Positions 12,389 through 27,540 of a stretch of 64,000 bases of DNA are shown piece by piece. Positions within the stretch are counted from its first letter, which is position 1; every line of letters begins with the position of its first letter. Made by a program: the position numbers and the translations under genes. Where the stretch lies: positions 8,432,001 to 8,496,000 of the forward strand of contig OZ024759.1 of the NCBI GenBank assembly GCA_964016885.1. Reading direction: 5' to 3'. Under the pieces are notes generated by a model. That model saw only the letters and a list, made by a program, of their open reading frames with translations, was not told the origin of the DNA and made no database searches. Origin of the DNA: Eledone cirrhosa. Its lineage: Eukaryota.

Positions 12389-14126
12389 TTATACTTCTCT
12401 TAGGTCAGTGTTGTTTGTTTGGGTGTTGTTGTTGTTCCACTCATTCTTTCTGTTTAGCTTTGGTCTTCTAATTTCTATTTCACTGGCCTCTCTGATTTGC
12501 CTATCTGCTGGGTCATTCCTATGTTTAGATATTATTCTAATTTCTATGTTGTCTATGTTACCGTCATGTTGTTGTCTAGCATGTTCGTATAGTACTGACC
12601 CGTTTTTTCGTCCTTTTAGTTCCCCCCAGTGTTGGTCTATCCTTTCACCTATGCTACGAGCTGTCTCACCTATGTATGTTGTTGTCGTGTTTCTGCAAGT
12701 ACCCTCTGTACATCTTATGCTATAGACTACGTTTCTAGTTTTACAGTTTATCCGGGGGTTCACCTTACATATGATACATTTCCTATTGGTACAGTGGGTT
12801 TTCTTAAAAGGGTAGGTTTTGCTGATCAGGGATTTTATGGTGGTTCCTGGCTTTTCTACCACCTTTATTTTTAAGTGGGTATTTCTCAGGGCCTTTCTAC
12901 ACTGGTTAGCTAATTTCCCTCCAGGGGTGGCGTCCACAAACATGACACTCTGATATCTCTGGTTGTCGTACCATGATGTGGCCTTCCCTATCTTATGTCT
13001 AGCCCTATCTAAGCTATTCCATGATTTGCTCCTGTATAGTGGGCAAATTCCTTTCATGTCCAGTTCTATGAGGGTCTTATACTTTTCCATGGCTCCTTCG
13101 TATACTCTGACTCTGTCTCTTTGGTTGTAGCCAGAGAACTGCATGCGGTTGATGAAGTGTTGGATGTGTCCTTCCATTTCTGTTGGGTCGCACATGCTGG
13201 ACACATTCTTCATCACTCGTACCAAATCTGCGATCAGAATATTAAACTTAGCACTACTGGACATTGCTGAGTTTTTGAGTATCAGGTATTTGGAGGCCAT
13301 GGGTTTAGCATAGTGTGAGTGGAGAATTTGGGCTCTCTCGTCTATAGTGTTAATCCAGAGTTCTGTGTCTAATACAGGTAGTCTATTGTTAGGGTGTTTG
13401 GAAGGGAAGTCTATAGTTACAGTTATACTCTGGTGTTTGGAATTAGCTATCTGCTGGATGCTTTCCATCGTGCTACGTTCTAAATCAAACTTGTTAGTGC
13501 TCTCTAGTGGGGGTGTTCTTATAACTATATTGATATCGTCTACATAACGAGAGTACATGATGAGGTCTATGGAGCTTTCATTAAGGAGGAGATCTTTAAG
13601 TCTCCTTTCCCACCATACCATGAAAAGGTTGGCAACATCACCAGCTATGCTGACGCCGATGGCTGCTCCCTCATTTTGGGTGTAGATTTTCTCATTGAAC
13701 TTAAATATGTGGCCCTTTAGGGTAGTTTTGATACTAGCCCCTATTGCATGTGCGACCATTTTTCTTACCTGATCAGTGTTTTGGGGGGTCCGTATAGCTT
13801 TGGTCCACCCAATCCACCTTCCTATGGGAGTCTTTTTAGCCATTGAGGTTATGGTGGGGGGTCTACCTCTTATAGGTCTACTAGGGCAGAAACATCTAAG
13901 GTCATGGCTGTCTAGGTAGTCAGTGTCGTAGGTAAGTCTAAGTAGGAGGCCCAGTTCGTCTGTGTCGACGTCGCAGAACTCCACCTCACTCTCAATGATC
14001 ATCTCCACACATCTTTTCACAGCAAAATCAATGTTAATGGATGGGTACAGTGACACCACATCCATGCTGCCTATTATGCAGTTGGATAGGCTCCTGTTTT
14101 TGTTGCACTCACTGATTCTGCTGAGG
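12389..14126 (-). mobile_element. Penelope-like element, 5'-truncated, with uninterrupted RT plus GIY-YIG frame
   Basis: SMDVVSLYPSI, GAAIGVSIAG, RYVDD and LPVLD RT motifs; CxxxxCxxC linker; NVVYSIRC...YIGET.RS...R..QH GIY-YIG. The first ~26 aa of the called ORF come from the flanking inverted repeat. Confidence 0.93.
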
Positions 14127-14233
14127 AGATATATATATATAAAAGACAGCGAGAAGCGAAAACCAACCAAACAGTGAGTGTGTTCTGTTATTAATTCTGG
14201 CAATATTACGCAAATATGACCCTCCCCAAATAT

Positions 14234-14274
<41 letters not shown>

Positions 14275-14364
14275 TGATATATATATAGAGAGAGAGATCT
14301 GATCTAGCTGTCGAAACGGCCGGAGCTCAGCCGTCGGGGTCCTGCTCTTTTCCTATTACACACG

Positions 14365-14526
<162 letters not shown>

Positions 14527-14544
14527 CGTGTGTGTGTGTGTGTG

Positions 14545-14583
<39 letters not shown>

Positions 14584-14584
14584 A

Positions 14585-14760
14585 CAAGCATGGCTGCGTG
14601 GTTAAGGAATGGTATTCGCAACCCAGTTGTTTCGGATTTCAGTCGTATTTAGTGCCACTTTGGCCAAATGTCTTGTGCAATACTTACCGTAGTTTCAGTT
14701 TAACCAATTCCATATAATGTAATTTGGTAGACGGATGCATGCAGAAGCCCATCGTATGTG
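14585..14760 (+). mobile_element. Degenerate tRNA-derived CORE-type SINE
   Basis: GCATGGCTGCGTGGTTAAG A-box-like start...GCCACTTTGGCCAAATGTCTT...TTTGGTAGACGG; similar to 10555-10697. Confidence 0.55.
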
Positions 14761-15494
14761 TTTCTGTGCGTTGGTTTCCTGTTCGTTGATGTCCAACAAG
14801 AATAACAATTACAACAGCAATAATGATACCAACAATGTCATAACAAACCCTGTTTTATTACTGGTACAAAGACATTAAAACTACTGATAGCAGCATATTT
14901 GAAAGTATAATGGAGAGGCTGAGAAATGGTGGAGTGTTGGGTGAAGATGAAGGAAATAGGTGACAAAATACACTTCTAGTTTACTGCTCCTCGCTCATAG
15001 TTGTCTTCAACTAGACACCACCTGGTGGGGAAATGGCAGACCAATAACCACTTGATGTACAAAAGATAACAGTAGGGCGGTGCCCCAGCATGGCCTCAGC
15101 CGGATGGCTGGAACAAGTAAAAGAGTAAAAGAGAAAGTAGAATAGAAGTCATTGTTGCAGCATTTGTAGAAATTTATATTGGCATGTTACAATTGTTTCA
15201 ATATCGATCAGCTCAAGGTACAAACATGATGACCGGCGCCGACTCTTCTTCGATATCTCCTCAGATATGCGAGTCTATATGTGTAAAACACAATCTGCAC
15301 ACTACAGCTGCCTTAACTCTGGAATATAACCCACCACGAGACGGCCCTCGTAACCGCATTGAGTGTTGTGTATATATGTGTGTGTGGGGGGGGGGGGGTT
15401 TTCGTGTTGTGTGTGTGTGTATTTATCTATTTTCTTTATTGTTGTTAAGCCTTATTGCTCTGGAAATTCACTTGTGACTCTACTACCTCTATAA

Positions 15495-16795
15495 CTAACA
15501 CCAACACCACCGCCACCACCACCACCACCACCACTACCACCACCACCACCACCACCACCACCACCACCACCACTACACCACCAACACCACCAACACCAAC
15601 ACCACCACCACCACCAACACCACCACCACTACCACCAATACCACCAACACCACCAACACCACCACCACCACCACCACCACCAACACCACCACCACTACAC
15701 CACCAACACCACCAACACCAACACCACCAACACCAACACCACCAACACCACCACCACCACTACCACCACCACCACATCTACCACCACCACCACTACCACC
15801 AACACTACCACCACCACCACCACCAACACCACCAACACCAACACCACCACCACCACCACCACCCACCACCACCATTACACCACCAACACCAACACCACCA
15901 CCGCCACTACCAACACCACCACCATTACACCACCACCACCAACACCACCAACACCACCACCACCACCAACACCACTACCCCCACCACCATTACACCACCA
16001 ACACCACCACCAACACCAACACCAACACCACCAACACCACCAACACCACCACCACCACTACCACCACCACCACAACTACCACCACCACCACTACCACCAA
16101 CACCACCAACACCAACACCACCACCACCACCACCAACACCACCACCACTACCACCACCACCACCACCACCACCACCACCACCAACACCACCACCAACACC
16201 ACCACCACCACTACCACCACCACCACTACTACCACCAACACCACCAACACCAACACCACCACCACCACCACACCACCACCACTACACCACGAACACCACC
16301 ACCACTACACCACCAACACCACTACCGCCACCACCACCAACACCACTACACCACCACCACCACCAACACCACCACCAACACCACCACCACCACTACCACC
16401 ACCACCACTACTACCACCAACACCACCAACACCAACACCACCACCACCACCAACACCACCACCACTACACCACGAACACCACCACCACTACACCACCAAC
16501 ACCACTACCGCCACCACCACCAACACCACTACACCACCACCACCACCAACACCACCACCACCACCACCACCACCACCAACACCACTACCGCCACCACCAT
16601 TACACCACCACCACCAACAACAACACCACCACCACCACAACCACCACCACAACCACCAACACCACCACCACCACCAATACCACCACTACCACCACCACCA
16701 CCACCACCACCACCACCACCAACACCACCACCACCACACCACTACCACCACTACCACCACCACCATTACAGCACCACCAACACCACCACCACTAC

Positions 16796-16826
<31 letters not shown>

Positions 16827-16925
16827 CAACTACCACCACCACAACTACCACCACCACCACCACCACCAACACCACCACCACCACCACCACCACCAACACC
16901 ACCAACACCAACAACAACAACAACA
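15495..16925. repeat. ~1.4 kb degenerate (CCA/CAA/CTA)n triplet repeat
   Basis: Direct reading; lies just 3' of the ASC stop codon. Confidence 0.95.
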
Positions 16926-16943
16926 CAGCCTACACGATGTTTT

Positions 16944-16998
16944 TCATGTTTCCTCTGTAGGTCGGTCAACGCTCATTTCAAGCATGTCCTCCAGATAC
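16944..16998 (-). CDS. Achaete-scute-like bHLH gene, last coding exon (R/YLEDMLEMSVDRPTEET*)
   Basis: Acceptor ttttacatctgtcgtctttcgccag|G; phase matches the donor at 23213; completes helix 2 as AIHYIRYLEDML; TGA at 16946-16944. Confidence 0.8.
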
Positions 16999-17094
16999 CT
17001 GGCGAAAGACGACAGATGTAAAAGATGTGATAGCTGCAACAGATGACATATCTACTTTAACAACATCCTAGCAATTCATATCTTATTTCTGAAC

Positions 17095-18140
<1,046 letters not shown>

Positions 18141-18229
18141 TCTTCGTTTCTGAATTTGTTTAGCAAGATTCTTTATTATTGGCAACATGACCCTCCCAAA
18201 GTATATATATATATATAAAGGAGAGAGAG

Positions 18230-18300
<71 letters not shown>

Positions 18301-18402
18301 ATACTAAAGTAAACAAACCACTATCCGGATGGCCTCCAAAAACAACGGGTACCTTTTTGAAAGGGTACGTCAATTATCTATTTGTAAAACTGTTATATAT
18401 TG

Positions 18403-18467
18403 TATTTTGTCTGATGAAGGCATACCATGATTTAACTTGGTATCCTTGAAATATATATAATGAAATA
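18403..18467 (+). ncRNA. Type I hammerhead-like motif
   Basis: TATTTTGT-CTGATGA-AGGcATACCA..TGGTATCCTT-GAAA-TATATATA^-ATGAAATA; similar architecture to 32463. Confidence 0.65.
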
Positions 18468-18503
18468 AATATGGTTTTATAAATATAGTTTCCATTTATT
18501 AAT

Positions 18504-18534
<31 letters not shown>

Positions 18535-18730
18535 ACGTTATTCCGGGTTGAATCGGAGGTAACCACAGTAAGTAAGGTACTCAATACATAGCAGAGTATA
18601 ACAGTTTTAATATAGATGAGATTCTACAGGACTAGAACTGTTTCATTCATTAGAAATCATCAGGAATCTCACCAGTATTATTCCTGATGATTTCTAATGA
18701 ATGAAACAGTTCTAGTCCTGTAGAATCTCA

Positions 18731-18736
<6 letters not shown>
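18535..18736. mobile_element. Short (TA)n-inserted element with 57-bp fold-back containing a hammerhead (copy 1)
   Basis: Arms 18611-18667 and 18680-18736; near-identical copy at 22648-22837. Confidence 0.8.
18617..18671 (-). ncRNA. Complete type I hammerhead ribozyme motif (sense to the ASC intron)
   Basis: TGAGATTC-CTGATGA-tTTC TAAT GAAt-GAAACAG ttctagtc CTGTA^-GAATCTCA: 8-bp stem I, intact core, GUA cleavage triplet. Confidence 0.8.
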
Positions 18737-18774
<38 letters not shown>

Positions 18775-18784
18775 CAATTTCTAG

Positions 18785-18819
<35 letters not shown>

Positions 18820-18822
<3 letters not shown>

Positions 18823-19035
18823 CTAGAAATTGATTGACATATATATATATAATAAACATATGACACAATCACAGGGAATAATTTGTAAAGTGTGTAAGCA
18901 CACACAGCTTGGTAGGTAACTAATTAAACTTTAATTAGTTACCTACCTAGCTGTGTGTGCTTACACACTTTACAAATTATTCCCTGTGATTGTGTCATAT
19001 GTTTATTATATATATATATGTCAATCAATTTCTAG

Positions 19036-19038
<3 letters not shown>
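18820..19038. repeat. Near-perfect palindrome, ~109-bp arms
   Basis: CGACTAGAAATTGATTGAC...TAATTAAA C TTTAATTA...GTCAATCAATTTCTAGTCG; a single non-inverted relative occurs at ~37790-37843. Confidence 0.92.
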
Positions 19039-19093
<55 letters not shown>

Positions 19094-19156
19094 TATTGAA
19101 ATGGCCGGCGCTCAGCTGTCGGGGTTTTGAAGTTTTCATATATATATATATATGCG

Positions 19157-19187
<31 letters not shown>

Positions 19188-19191
19188 TTCT

Positions 19192-19233
<42 letters not shown>

Positions 19234-19337
19234 CTGTATTCCAATGTTACTAAGTAGTCGCATTGGATGGAGTCAACCGACATCGGAGATTGCTCAACGT
19301 ATAATAAAGTGTGTTTTAAAATCCGGAGAAAGTATGG

Positions 19338-19681
19338 AGAAGTTTATGAAACGGAAATGCGGGTATAAAGAATTTATTAGTTAACAATTGTTTCTATAGT
19401 GTATGGGTTACCTATACCTCGCTATTTGTATAATATAAAAATATTATCATAAATCGTAGGTACACTGTAAGAAAACACACCATGTCGTCAGACCTTTGTG
19501 GTAGAATGATCATTCTACCACAAAGGTCTGACGACATGGTGTGTTTTCTTACAGTGTACCTACGATTTATGATAATATTTTTATATTATTCAAATAGCGA
19601 GGTATAGGTAACCCATACACTATAGAAACAATTGTTAACTAATAAATTCTTTATACCCGCATTTCCGTTTCATAAACTTCT
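19338..19681. repeat. Spacer-less palindrome, 172-bp arms
   Basis: Axis TGA|TCA at 19509/19510; I saw one mismatch between the arms. Confidence 0.95.
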
Positions 19682-19685
19682 TCTT

Positions 19686-19740
<55 letters not shown>

Positions 19741-19949
19741 AAGTTAATACCTCACGAAGATGCGGTCATGAGGATCAAATTAACCAAACAAAATTGTTTT
19801 AATAAAGAATTTAAAACCCCAAATAAATCAACAAAAGTTTAATGTCGTCCCATTTACGAGCTTCGTTGTTGTAGCTTCATTTGGAAGGTATTGCAGGAAT
19901 TCTAACTTTATTCTTACAACAGCACCATAATTAGGGTGGTCTACTTTTA

Positions 19950-20490
19950 GCACAGGGCCGGCAAATTAGCCCCAGTGTATTACTGGGGCTTTATTTTATC
20001 GACCTGAACTCGGAGCGTAAAGGGTCATAACCCTATGCTGAAAAACATGGTGTCTGATGCTCTGGCAATAGTACCAATCCACCGCACGACAATAAATGTT
20101 TCTACTATTGGCACAAGGCCAGCAATTACCCCAGTGTATTACTGGTACTTTATGTTATCGACCCCCCCGTGAGGATGAAAGGCAAAGTTAACTTCGGCGG
20201 GATTTGAACTCAAACTGTAAAGGGCTGTAACTCTATGCGTCAAAGCATGGTGTCGGACCCTCTACCAATACTGCCAATCCACGGATCGATAACAATGGTT
20301 TCTAATTGAGACACAAGAACAGCACTTTATGTGGGAGGGGGAAAATTGATTAAATCGACCCCAGTACTTAACTGGTACTTTATTTTATTGACTCTAAATG
20401 GTTAAAAGACAAAACTGACCTCGCGGGATTTGAACTTAGAATGTAGAGAGCTGTAAATAAATACCGCAAGGTATTTTGTCGGACATTCTT
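19950..20490 (-). mobile_element. Cluster of Meta-like SINE copies
   Basis: Reverse complements of the 4365-4555 SINE (GGATTTGAACTC B-box, TACTGGTACTTTAT..ATCGACCCC). Confidence 0.75.
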
Positions 20491-20701
20491 CAGCAAGATA
20501 CTTAATGTGTCCTTCTGGCAGGAGTTACGTCCCCCTTCTGGCAGGAGTTACGTCCCATAGAATCAACAGGGAAACCAATGAAAATGTTTCCTTGTTCTCA
20601 TCTGACATTCGGATGTTTCACTCTTCCAATATCACATCCTTCTTTTTAACTGATTCAATATAACTCTAAAGACAGGAGATACATACATACATATATATAT
20701 G

Positions 20702-20916
<215 letters not shown>

Positions 20917-20956
20917 AATATATATATATATATATGTATGAATATATATATGTATA

Positions 20957-21005
<49 letters not shown>

Positions 21006-21080
21006 TGTTATGCTTTGGGATATACATATATAGATATATAGATATATATATATGTATATATGTGTGTGTGTATGTGTGTC

Positions 21081-21154
<74 letters not shown>

Positions 21155-21171
21155 TATGTGTGTATATATAT

Positions 21172-21370
21172 ATGGTGGCTGCCAACTCGTTTTCGAGTAC
21201 GGCCACTACTTTATATCCATGTAAGAGAACCCCTACCGATGCACTGAACGCGTGTGACTTTTTAGTCCAGCCAGCGACTTGAAAACTCTGGTACAAACAC
21301 TACACTTGTGACAATTACTGACACATAGTGCTGGGTCCATGGTACCATGTGACGACAAGTGCAGAGAGAT
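21172..21370 (-). mobile_element. RTE-type LINE 3' end fragment
   Basis: Encodes [22 protein letters not shown] (C2H2-like RTE terminus) and the tail GGCCGTACTCGAAAACGAGTTGGCAGCCACCAT; copy at 46405-46600. Confidence 0.7.
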
Positions 21371-21396
21371 CTCCAGATATATATGTATATATATAT

Positions 21397-21431
21397 AACC
21401 TGAAGATTGCGAAAGCATGAAAGTACTTGTT
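21397..21431 (+). ncRNA. Minimal hammerhead motif
   Basis: AAC-CTGAAGA-tTGC GAAA GCAt-GAAAGTACTT^-GTT; palindromic stem III as in PLE minimal HHRs. Confidence 0.65.
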
Positions 21432-21597
21432 CAATTAACACTTAACATTTAATATTCTAGCATACTATTTCATTATAATACCATTATAAATTTTAAAGGA
21501 TTGTAAATAAAACGAGTAAATCAGACAAAGTTGGAATTCCTCTTATTAATATAATCTTCTATACACAATCATACACACCCGTGTATATTTATCTATC

Positions 21598-21753
<156 letters not shown>

Positions 21754-21761
21754 CATACATA

Positions 21762-21794
<33 letters not shown>

Positions 21795-21807
21795 CCATAC
21801 ATACATA

Positions 21808-21838
<31 letters not shown>

Positions 21839-21839
21839 C

Positions 21840-21933
<94 letters not shown>

Positions 21934-21951
21934 CATACATACATACATACA

Positions 21952-21999
<48 letters not shown>

Positions 22000-22075
22000 A
22001 CGAAGGAAATGTGGTAAGGAACCAGGTGGGTCATAACGCACCAAAGTACTCAATATATATTTATATATATATATT

Positions 22076-22231
<156 letters not shown>

Positions 22232-22435
22232 AAGAGGCAGAGGATGGTGCCGATTAAAACAACAACAGCAACTAAACAAAGTAAAGACTTGAGAATGTCT
22301 AAATATATATAAGGTTGGCCTCACCCTAATCCGGCTGCCCCGTCCAACCGAGCCCCTATCTTATTGCTAATAACCCATCCTAACCTGTCTACAAAGACGA
22401 GATGTTTGGAGAGCCTGTCATGCTAGATTGTAATG

Positions 22436-22600
<165 letters not shown>

Positions 22601-22647
22601 TAATAATAATAATCTGTTATTTTAATATATATATATATATATATATA

Positions 22648-22833
22648 TACGTTATTCCGGTTGAATCGGAGGTAACCACAGTAAGTAAGGTACTCAATAC
22701 ATAGCAGAGTATAAAAGTTTTAATATAGATGAGATTCTACAGGACTAGAACTGTTTCATTCATTAGAAATCATCATGAGATTCCTGATGATTTCTAATGA
22801 ATGAAACAGTTCTAGTCCTGTAGAATCTCATCT

Positions 22834-22837
<4 letters not shown>
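22648..22837. mobile_element. Short (TA)n-inserted fold-back element (copy 2); complete HHR on + strand at 22776-22830
   Basis: Same body as 18535-18736 but a different inversion junction (CATCA-TGAGATTCC-TGATG). Confidence 0.8.
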
Positions 22838-22872
<35 letters not shown>

Positions 22873-22922
22873 ATGTATTTGCATTGCTTTATTGTGCTAC
22901 AATAAAACTCACCATCTACATA

Positions 22923-22983
<61 letters not shown>

Positions 22984-23212
22984 AATACAAAATGGTGTAC
23001 ATGAACAAGCTAAGTACATGGTCACCAACTGTCGAAATGGACGTTCACAGTTTCAAAACCTGACCACCACTGCAGCTGATCCTTTCAATTCGGGGTCACA
23101 GAGTCTAACAAGAAACAAAGTCGTGGAGTATTTTAAAGAACGACGAACATGAGGAAAGTACAGTGCAAAACGTAGACAAATATACCGGAAAATTTACTAA
23201 CGGAATACTCAC

Positions 23213-23630
23213 CTTATGTAGTGTATGGCCGTCCTTAATGTTTCCACTTTACTAAGTCTTTTGTCCTTTTGAGCGAGAGGCAGGTGCTTCTTTAGTTGGG
23301 CGTAACCTTCATTTACACAGCGAACTCTCTCGCGTTCACGTTCGTTTCGTTTCCGTATAAAAGCCGGTTCGAAACCACCGTTAAGATCCATAAGGTGGCT
23401 GGGGAGGGGAATGAGGCAATGGGGTGAGAAGGGATCGTTCTTTTTAGGGTGAATCGATATCGATGATCGATCTGGCTCCGTCGAAAACTGTTCATTTGTT
23501 CTTCCTTCTTCCGTTTGGGTGACACGACCGAAGCAACTAGTTTCCGACAAGAAATTACATGCTAATAACAAGTTGGTATTGTTACTGGTGTTGTTGCTGT
23601 TGTTGTCTCGATTACTTTTGTTATTTTTCA

Positions 23631-23667
<37 letters not shown>

Positions 23668-23922
23668 AGTATTGTTGTTGTTATTACTGTTGTTGTTTAT
23701 CATATTATTGGTATCGTTTGTCATGTTATTGTTGTTATTGTTGTTGTTTTTATTGTTTTGCTGTTGTTGTTGTTGTTTGTATTGGTCCTGTGGACTGACA
23801 TGCAACAGTCCAACAGTGAATGGTTCCTCGTGGTTATGAGGAATTCCCAGATCATCGCATGTCGGTGAAGACATGTGTCTTGGAGAGAGGATTGGAAACC
23901 CCGTAGATTGGAACTGATGCAT
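23213..23922 (-). CDS. Achaete-scute family (ASCb, ASCL3/4/5-like) bHLH transcription factor, main coding exon
   Basis: EPAFIRKRNERERERVRCVNEGYAQLKKHLP...KRLSKVETLRTAIHYIR is a diagnostic ASC bHLH; Gln/Asn-rich N-terminus; ATG at 23922 (start uncertain); donor ATAAG|gtgagt. Spliced product ~254 aa. Confidence 0.93.
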
Positions 23923-24099
23923 TTTCTCAGCAAAACACAACGGCAGAAATAACTAATAAAGGGTTCTTTTTTATTAAGGGTCCTGAGATGTTGTTTATTA
24001 CCGAATGTATTATACCAAAGCGGAAGTCTACAGTTTTCCAAGAGAACAGACCTGCTCACTCTCCTCAATCTTTTTATTTCTTCTTTAATTTCTCATTCT

Positions 24100-24137
24100 G
24101 TTTTCTGATGAAGAACTAGCGTCCGAAACGTCAAGAC
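24100..24137 (+). ncRNA. Minimal hammerhead motif
   Basis: GTTTT-CTGATGA-AGAACTAGCGTCC-GAAACGTC^-AAGAC; degenerate relative on the minus strand at ~50525-50570. Confidence 0.6.
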
Positions 24138-24294
24138 TCTTTTCCTACTATATCAAGCGCAAAACTAATATATTTCTTCATTGTACTGTATCATTTGCTT
24201 GGTTTTTTTCTGTTTACCTTTTGCATACTTACACACTCACCCACTCACCCACTCACACACACATACACACATACACACACACACATACACACAT

Positions 24295-24404
<110 letters not shown>

Positions 24405-24995
24405 GGGGGTTACACAACAGTTAGTTCACCATACCGAGAAACAATTGTTTCACCTTCACCTTAGCAGATCCTCAGCTCGTAATGGACATGGTTATACGGA
24501 ACAGGAAGGACAACCGTACGATCGTGCATGCGCAGAAACGATCACGTCACACAGGCAATACTAAAATGCGATCCCGCTCTCGATCCCACTCTCTCTTTCA
24601 CTGGAGGAAATCGACTGTGTTCATCTCTGATCTGCGTCCGGTTTGGCCAAGATCACGTCAGTGCCCATACCACTCCATCCAGTATTACCACTCCATCCAT
24701 GCTTACACTGTAATATGTAGCAAACATAAACGAAAATCAAAGGTATAAGATGTTATTTTCTCTGAGCCTAGTTTCAATACTGATCCTGAATTACTGTGAA
24801 ACTCGGCTCAAACCAAGAAACACACGAGGGTATCAGATAGACACGAGCTGAAGCTGAATTGTTTCTGTTCGTCTTTAAAACCTCCACAGGAAAGTTGAAT
24901 GGGTCGGGTGGAGCGTCAACAGCTGGAATGAGAATCACAGAGAGGAGTTAACTACACTGATAGAATTACACACACTCACATACATACACACACAC

Positions 24996-25040
<45 letters not shown>

Positions 25041-25129
25041 TATACATATATATATTTACATACACAGACACACACACATATATATATACATACACACACA
25101 CATATATATATATATTTACATACACAGAT

Positions 25130-25172
<43 letters not shown>

Positions 25173-25175
25173 CAT

Positions 25176-25238
<63 letters not shown>

Positions 25239-25303
25239 CATACACACGCACATATATACATACATACACACATATATATATAGATACATACACACACAGA
25301 CAC

Positions 25304-25373
<70 letters not shown>

Positions 25374-25426
25374 GTTTGTATTTATGTATATTTATGTTTG
25401 TATATGTATGTATGTTTCTATGTATG

Positions 25427-25458
<32 letters not shown>

Positions 25459-25469
25459 TGTATGTATGT

Positions 25470-25640
25470 ATGTATGTATGTATGTATGTATAGAGGGCGT
25501 GCATGAATATATGTATATAAAAATATGTATTTGTATCTGCGTTTATATATCTATATATATATATAAACGCAGATACAAATACATATTTTTATATACATAT
25601 ATTCATGCACGCCCTCTATACATACATACATACATACACA
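25470..25640. repeat. (TA)n-centred palindrome
   Basis: TAGAGGGCGTGCATGAAT...CTGCGTTTATA / TATAAACGCAG...ATTCATGCACGCCCTCTA, with (TATG)n/(CATA)n mirrored outside. Confidence 0.9.
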
Positions 25641-25844
25641 CATACATACATACATACACACATATAGATGATAGTGGTTGTGGTGGTGGTGAAGAGAAGA
25701 ATTGCCATTGGGGTTTTCTGTGACGTCATCTTTGGAGGATTTCCTTCCCACAGCTTCCTGGTGCCAGTTTCTGGTGCCGGAAGTATTCCAGTTTTACCTT
25801 GGCCCCCTTCACACCTATACACGGATCACGTTACCAACAAATAT

Positions 25845-26715
25845 AGATTGGGGGCTGGGGGACGAGAGAGCGGGGGGTCGGATGGAGGTAAGAAGGGTGT
25901 AGAGATTGGGGCTGGGGGACGAGAGAGCGGGGGGTCGGATGGAAGTAAGAAGGCTGTAGAGATAGGGGGGGTGGACGAGAGAGCGGGGGGTCGGATGGAG
26001 GTAAGAAGGGTGTAGAGATAGGGGGTGGGGGGCGAGAGAGGGGGAGGGTGGGATGGAGGTAAGAAGGCTGTAGAGATTGGGGAGCTGGGGGACGAGAGAG
26101 AGAGAGGGGGGTGGAGGTAAGAAGGCTGTAGAGATAGGGGGTGGGGGGCGAGAGAGAGGGGGGTGTAGGTAAGAAGGCTGTAGAGATAGGGGGGTGGGCG
26201 AGAGAGAGGGGGGCGGAGGCTGTAGAGATAGAGGGTGGGGTACGAGAGAGGGGGGTGGAGGTAAGAAGGCTGTAGAGATAGGGGGTGGGGACGAGAGAGC
26301 GGGGGTCGGATGGAGGTAAGAAGGCTGTAGAGATAGGGGGTGGGCGAGAGAGAGGGGGGCGGAGGCTGTAGAGATAGAGGGTGGGGTACGAGAGAGGGGG
26401 GTGGAGGTAAGAAGGCTGTAGAGATAGGGGGTGGGGACGAGAGAGCGGGGGTCGGATGGAGGTAAGAAGGCTGTAGAGATAGGGGTGGGGACGAGAGAGG
26501 GGGAGGGGGGATGGAAGTAAGAAGGCTGTAGAGATAGGGGTGGGGACGAGAGAGGGGGAGGGGGGATGGAAGTAAGAAGGCTGTAGAGATAGGGGGTGGG
26601 GGCGAGAGAGGGGGGATGGAAGTAAGAAGGCTGTAGAGATAGGGGGTGGGGGCGAGAGAGGGGGGATGGAAGTAAGAAGGCTGTAGAGATAGGGGGTGGG
26701 GGCGAGAGAGGGGGT
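25845..26715. repeat. G-rich purine minisatellite (~45-57 bp variable unit)
   Basis: Recurrent GTAAGAAGGCTGTAGAGATAGGGGGTGGGG..GAGAGAGGGGGG. Confidence 0.9.
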
Positions 26716-26832
26716 CGTGGATTAAGGTGGAGTCTGAGATTCTGGTTTTGTTTTCACTGCCCCACAGTCCAAAGTAACACGAGGAAACATGGCTACACCT
26801 TATATATACATATATATGTAGGTATATATACC

Positions 26833-26886
<54 letters not shown>

Positions 26887-27021
26887 CATATGTGTATATA
26901 TATACTTATATATATATGTATATATATATATGTGTGTGTGTGTGTGTGCATATGTACGTATGCATATACACACACCCCCATACATACTTACACAGACATG
27001 TATAGATACATTTATATATAC

Positions 27022-27155
<134 letters not shown>

Positions 27156-27247
27156 TAATTGCATGTATATCTCTCTCTCTCTATATATATATATACATAC
27201 ATACATATATATATATATATATGTATGTATATACACCTCTATTCTTT

Positions 27248-27305
<58 letters not shown>

Positions 27306-27350
27306 TATATAAATATATATATATATATATGTACATGTATTTATATATAT

Positions 27351-27388
<38 letters not shown>

Positions 27389-27414
27389 GTACATGTATTT
27401 ATATATATATATAT

Positions 27415-27446
<32 letters not shown>

Positions 27447-27466
27447 GTACATGTATTTATATATAT

Positions 27467-27540
<74 letters not shown>

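Larger units (their letters stand above)
11853..14241. repeat. 115-bp inverted repeat pair (11853-11967 and 14127-14241) bracketing the PLE
   Basis: ATATTGTTATATTTGGGGAGGGTC...GCTGTCTTTTATATATATATATCT and its reverse complement. Confidence 0.92.

Noticed and set aside
15455-16960. 501-aa Pro/Thr/His-rich ORF resembling an extensin or mucin
   Set aside because: It is a (CCA)n repeat with a non-ATG start, and its composition changes with register shifts.
16961-17071. Plus-strand exon after TTTCCTCTGTAG
   Set aside because: It overlaps the better-supported minus-strand ASC exon, and no partner exons or recognisable peptide were found.
19527-19645. Hammerhead in the 344-bp palindrome (CTGACGA...GAAACAATTGTT)
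   Set aside because: The core halves are ~90 nt apart with no convincing stem II or stem I; at best a degenerate remnant.
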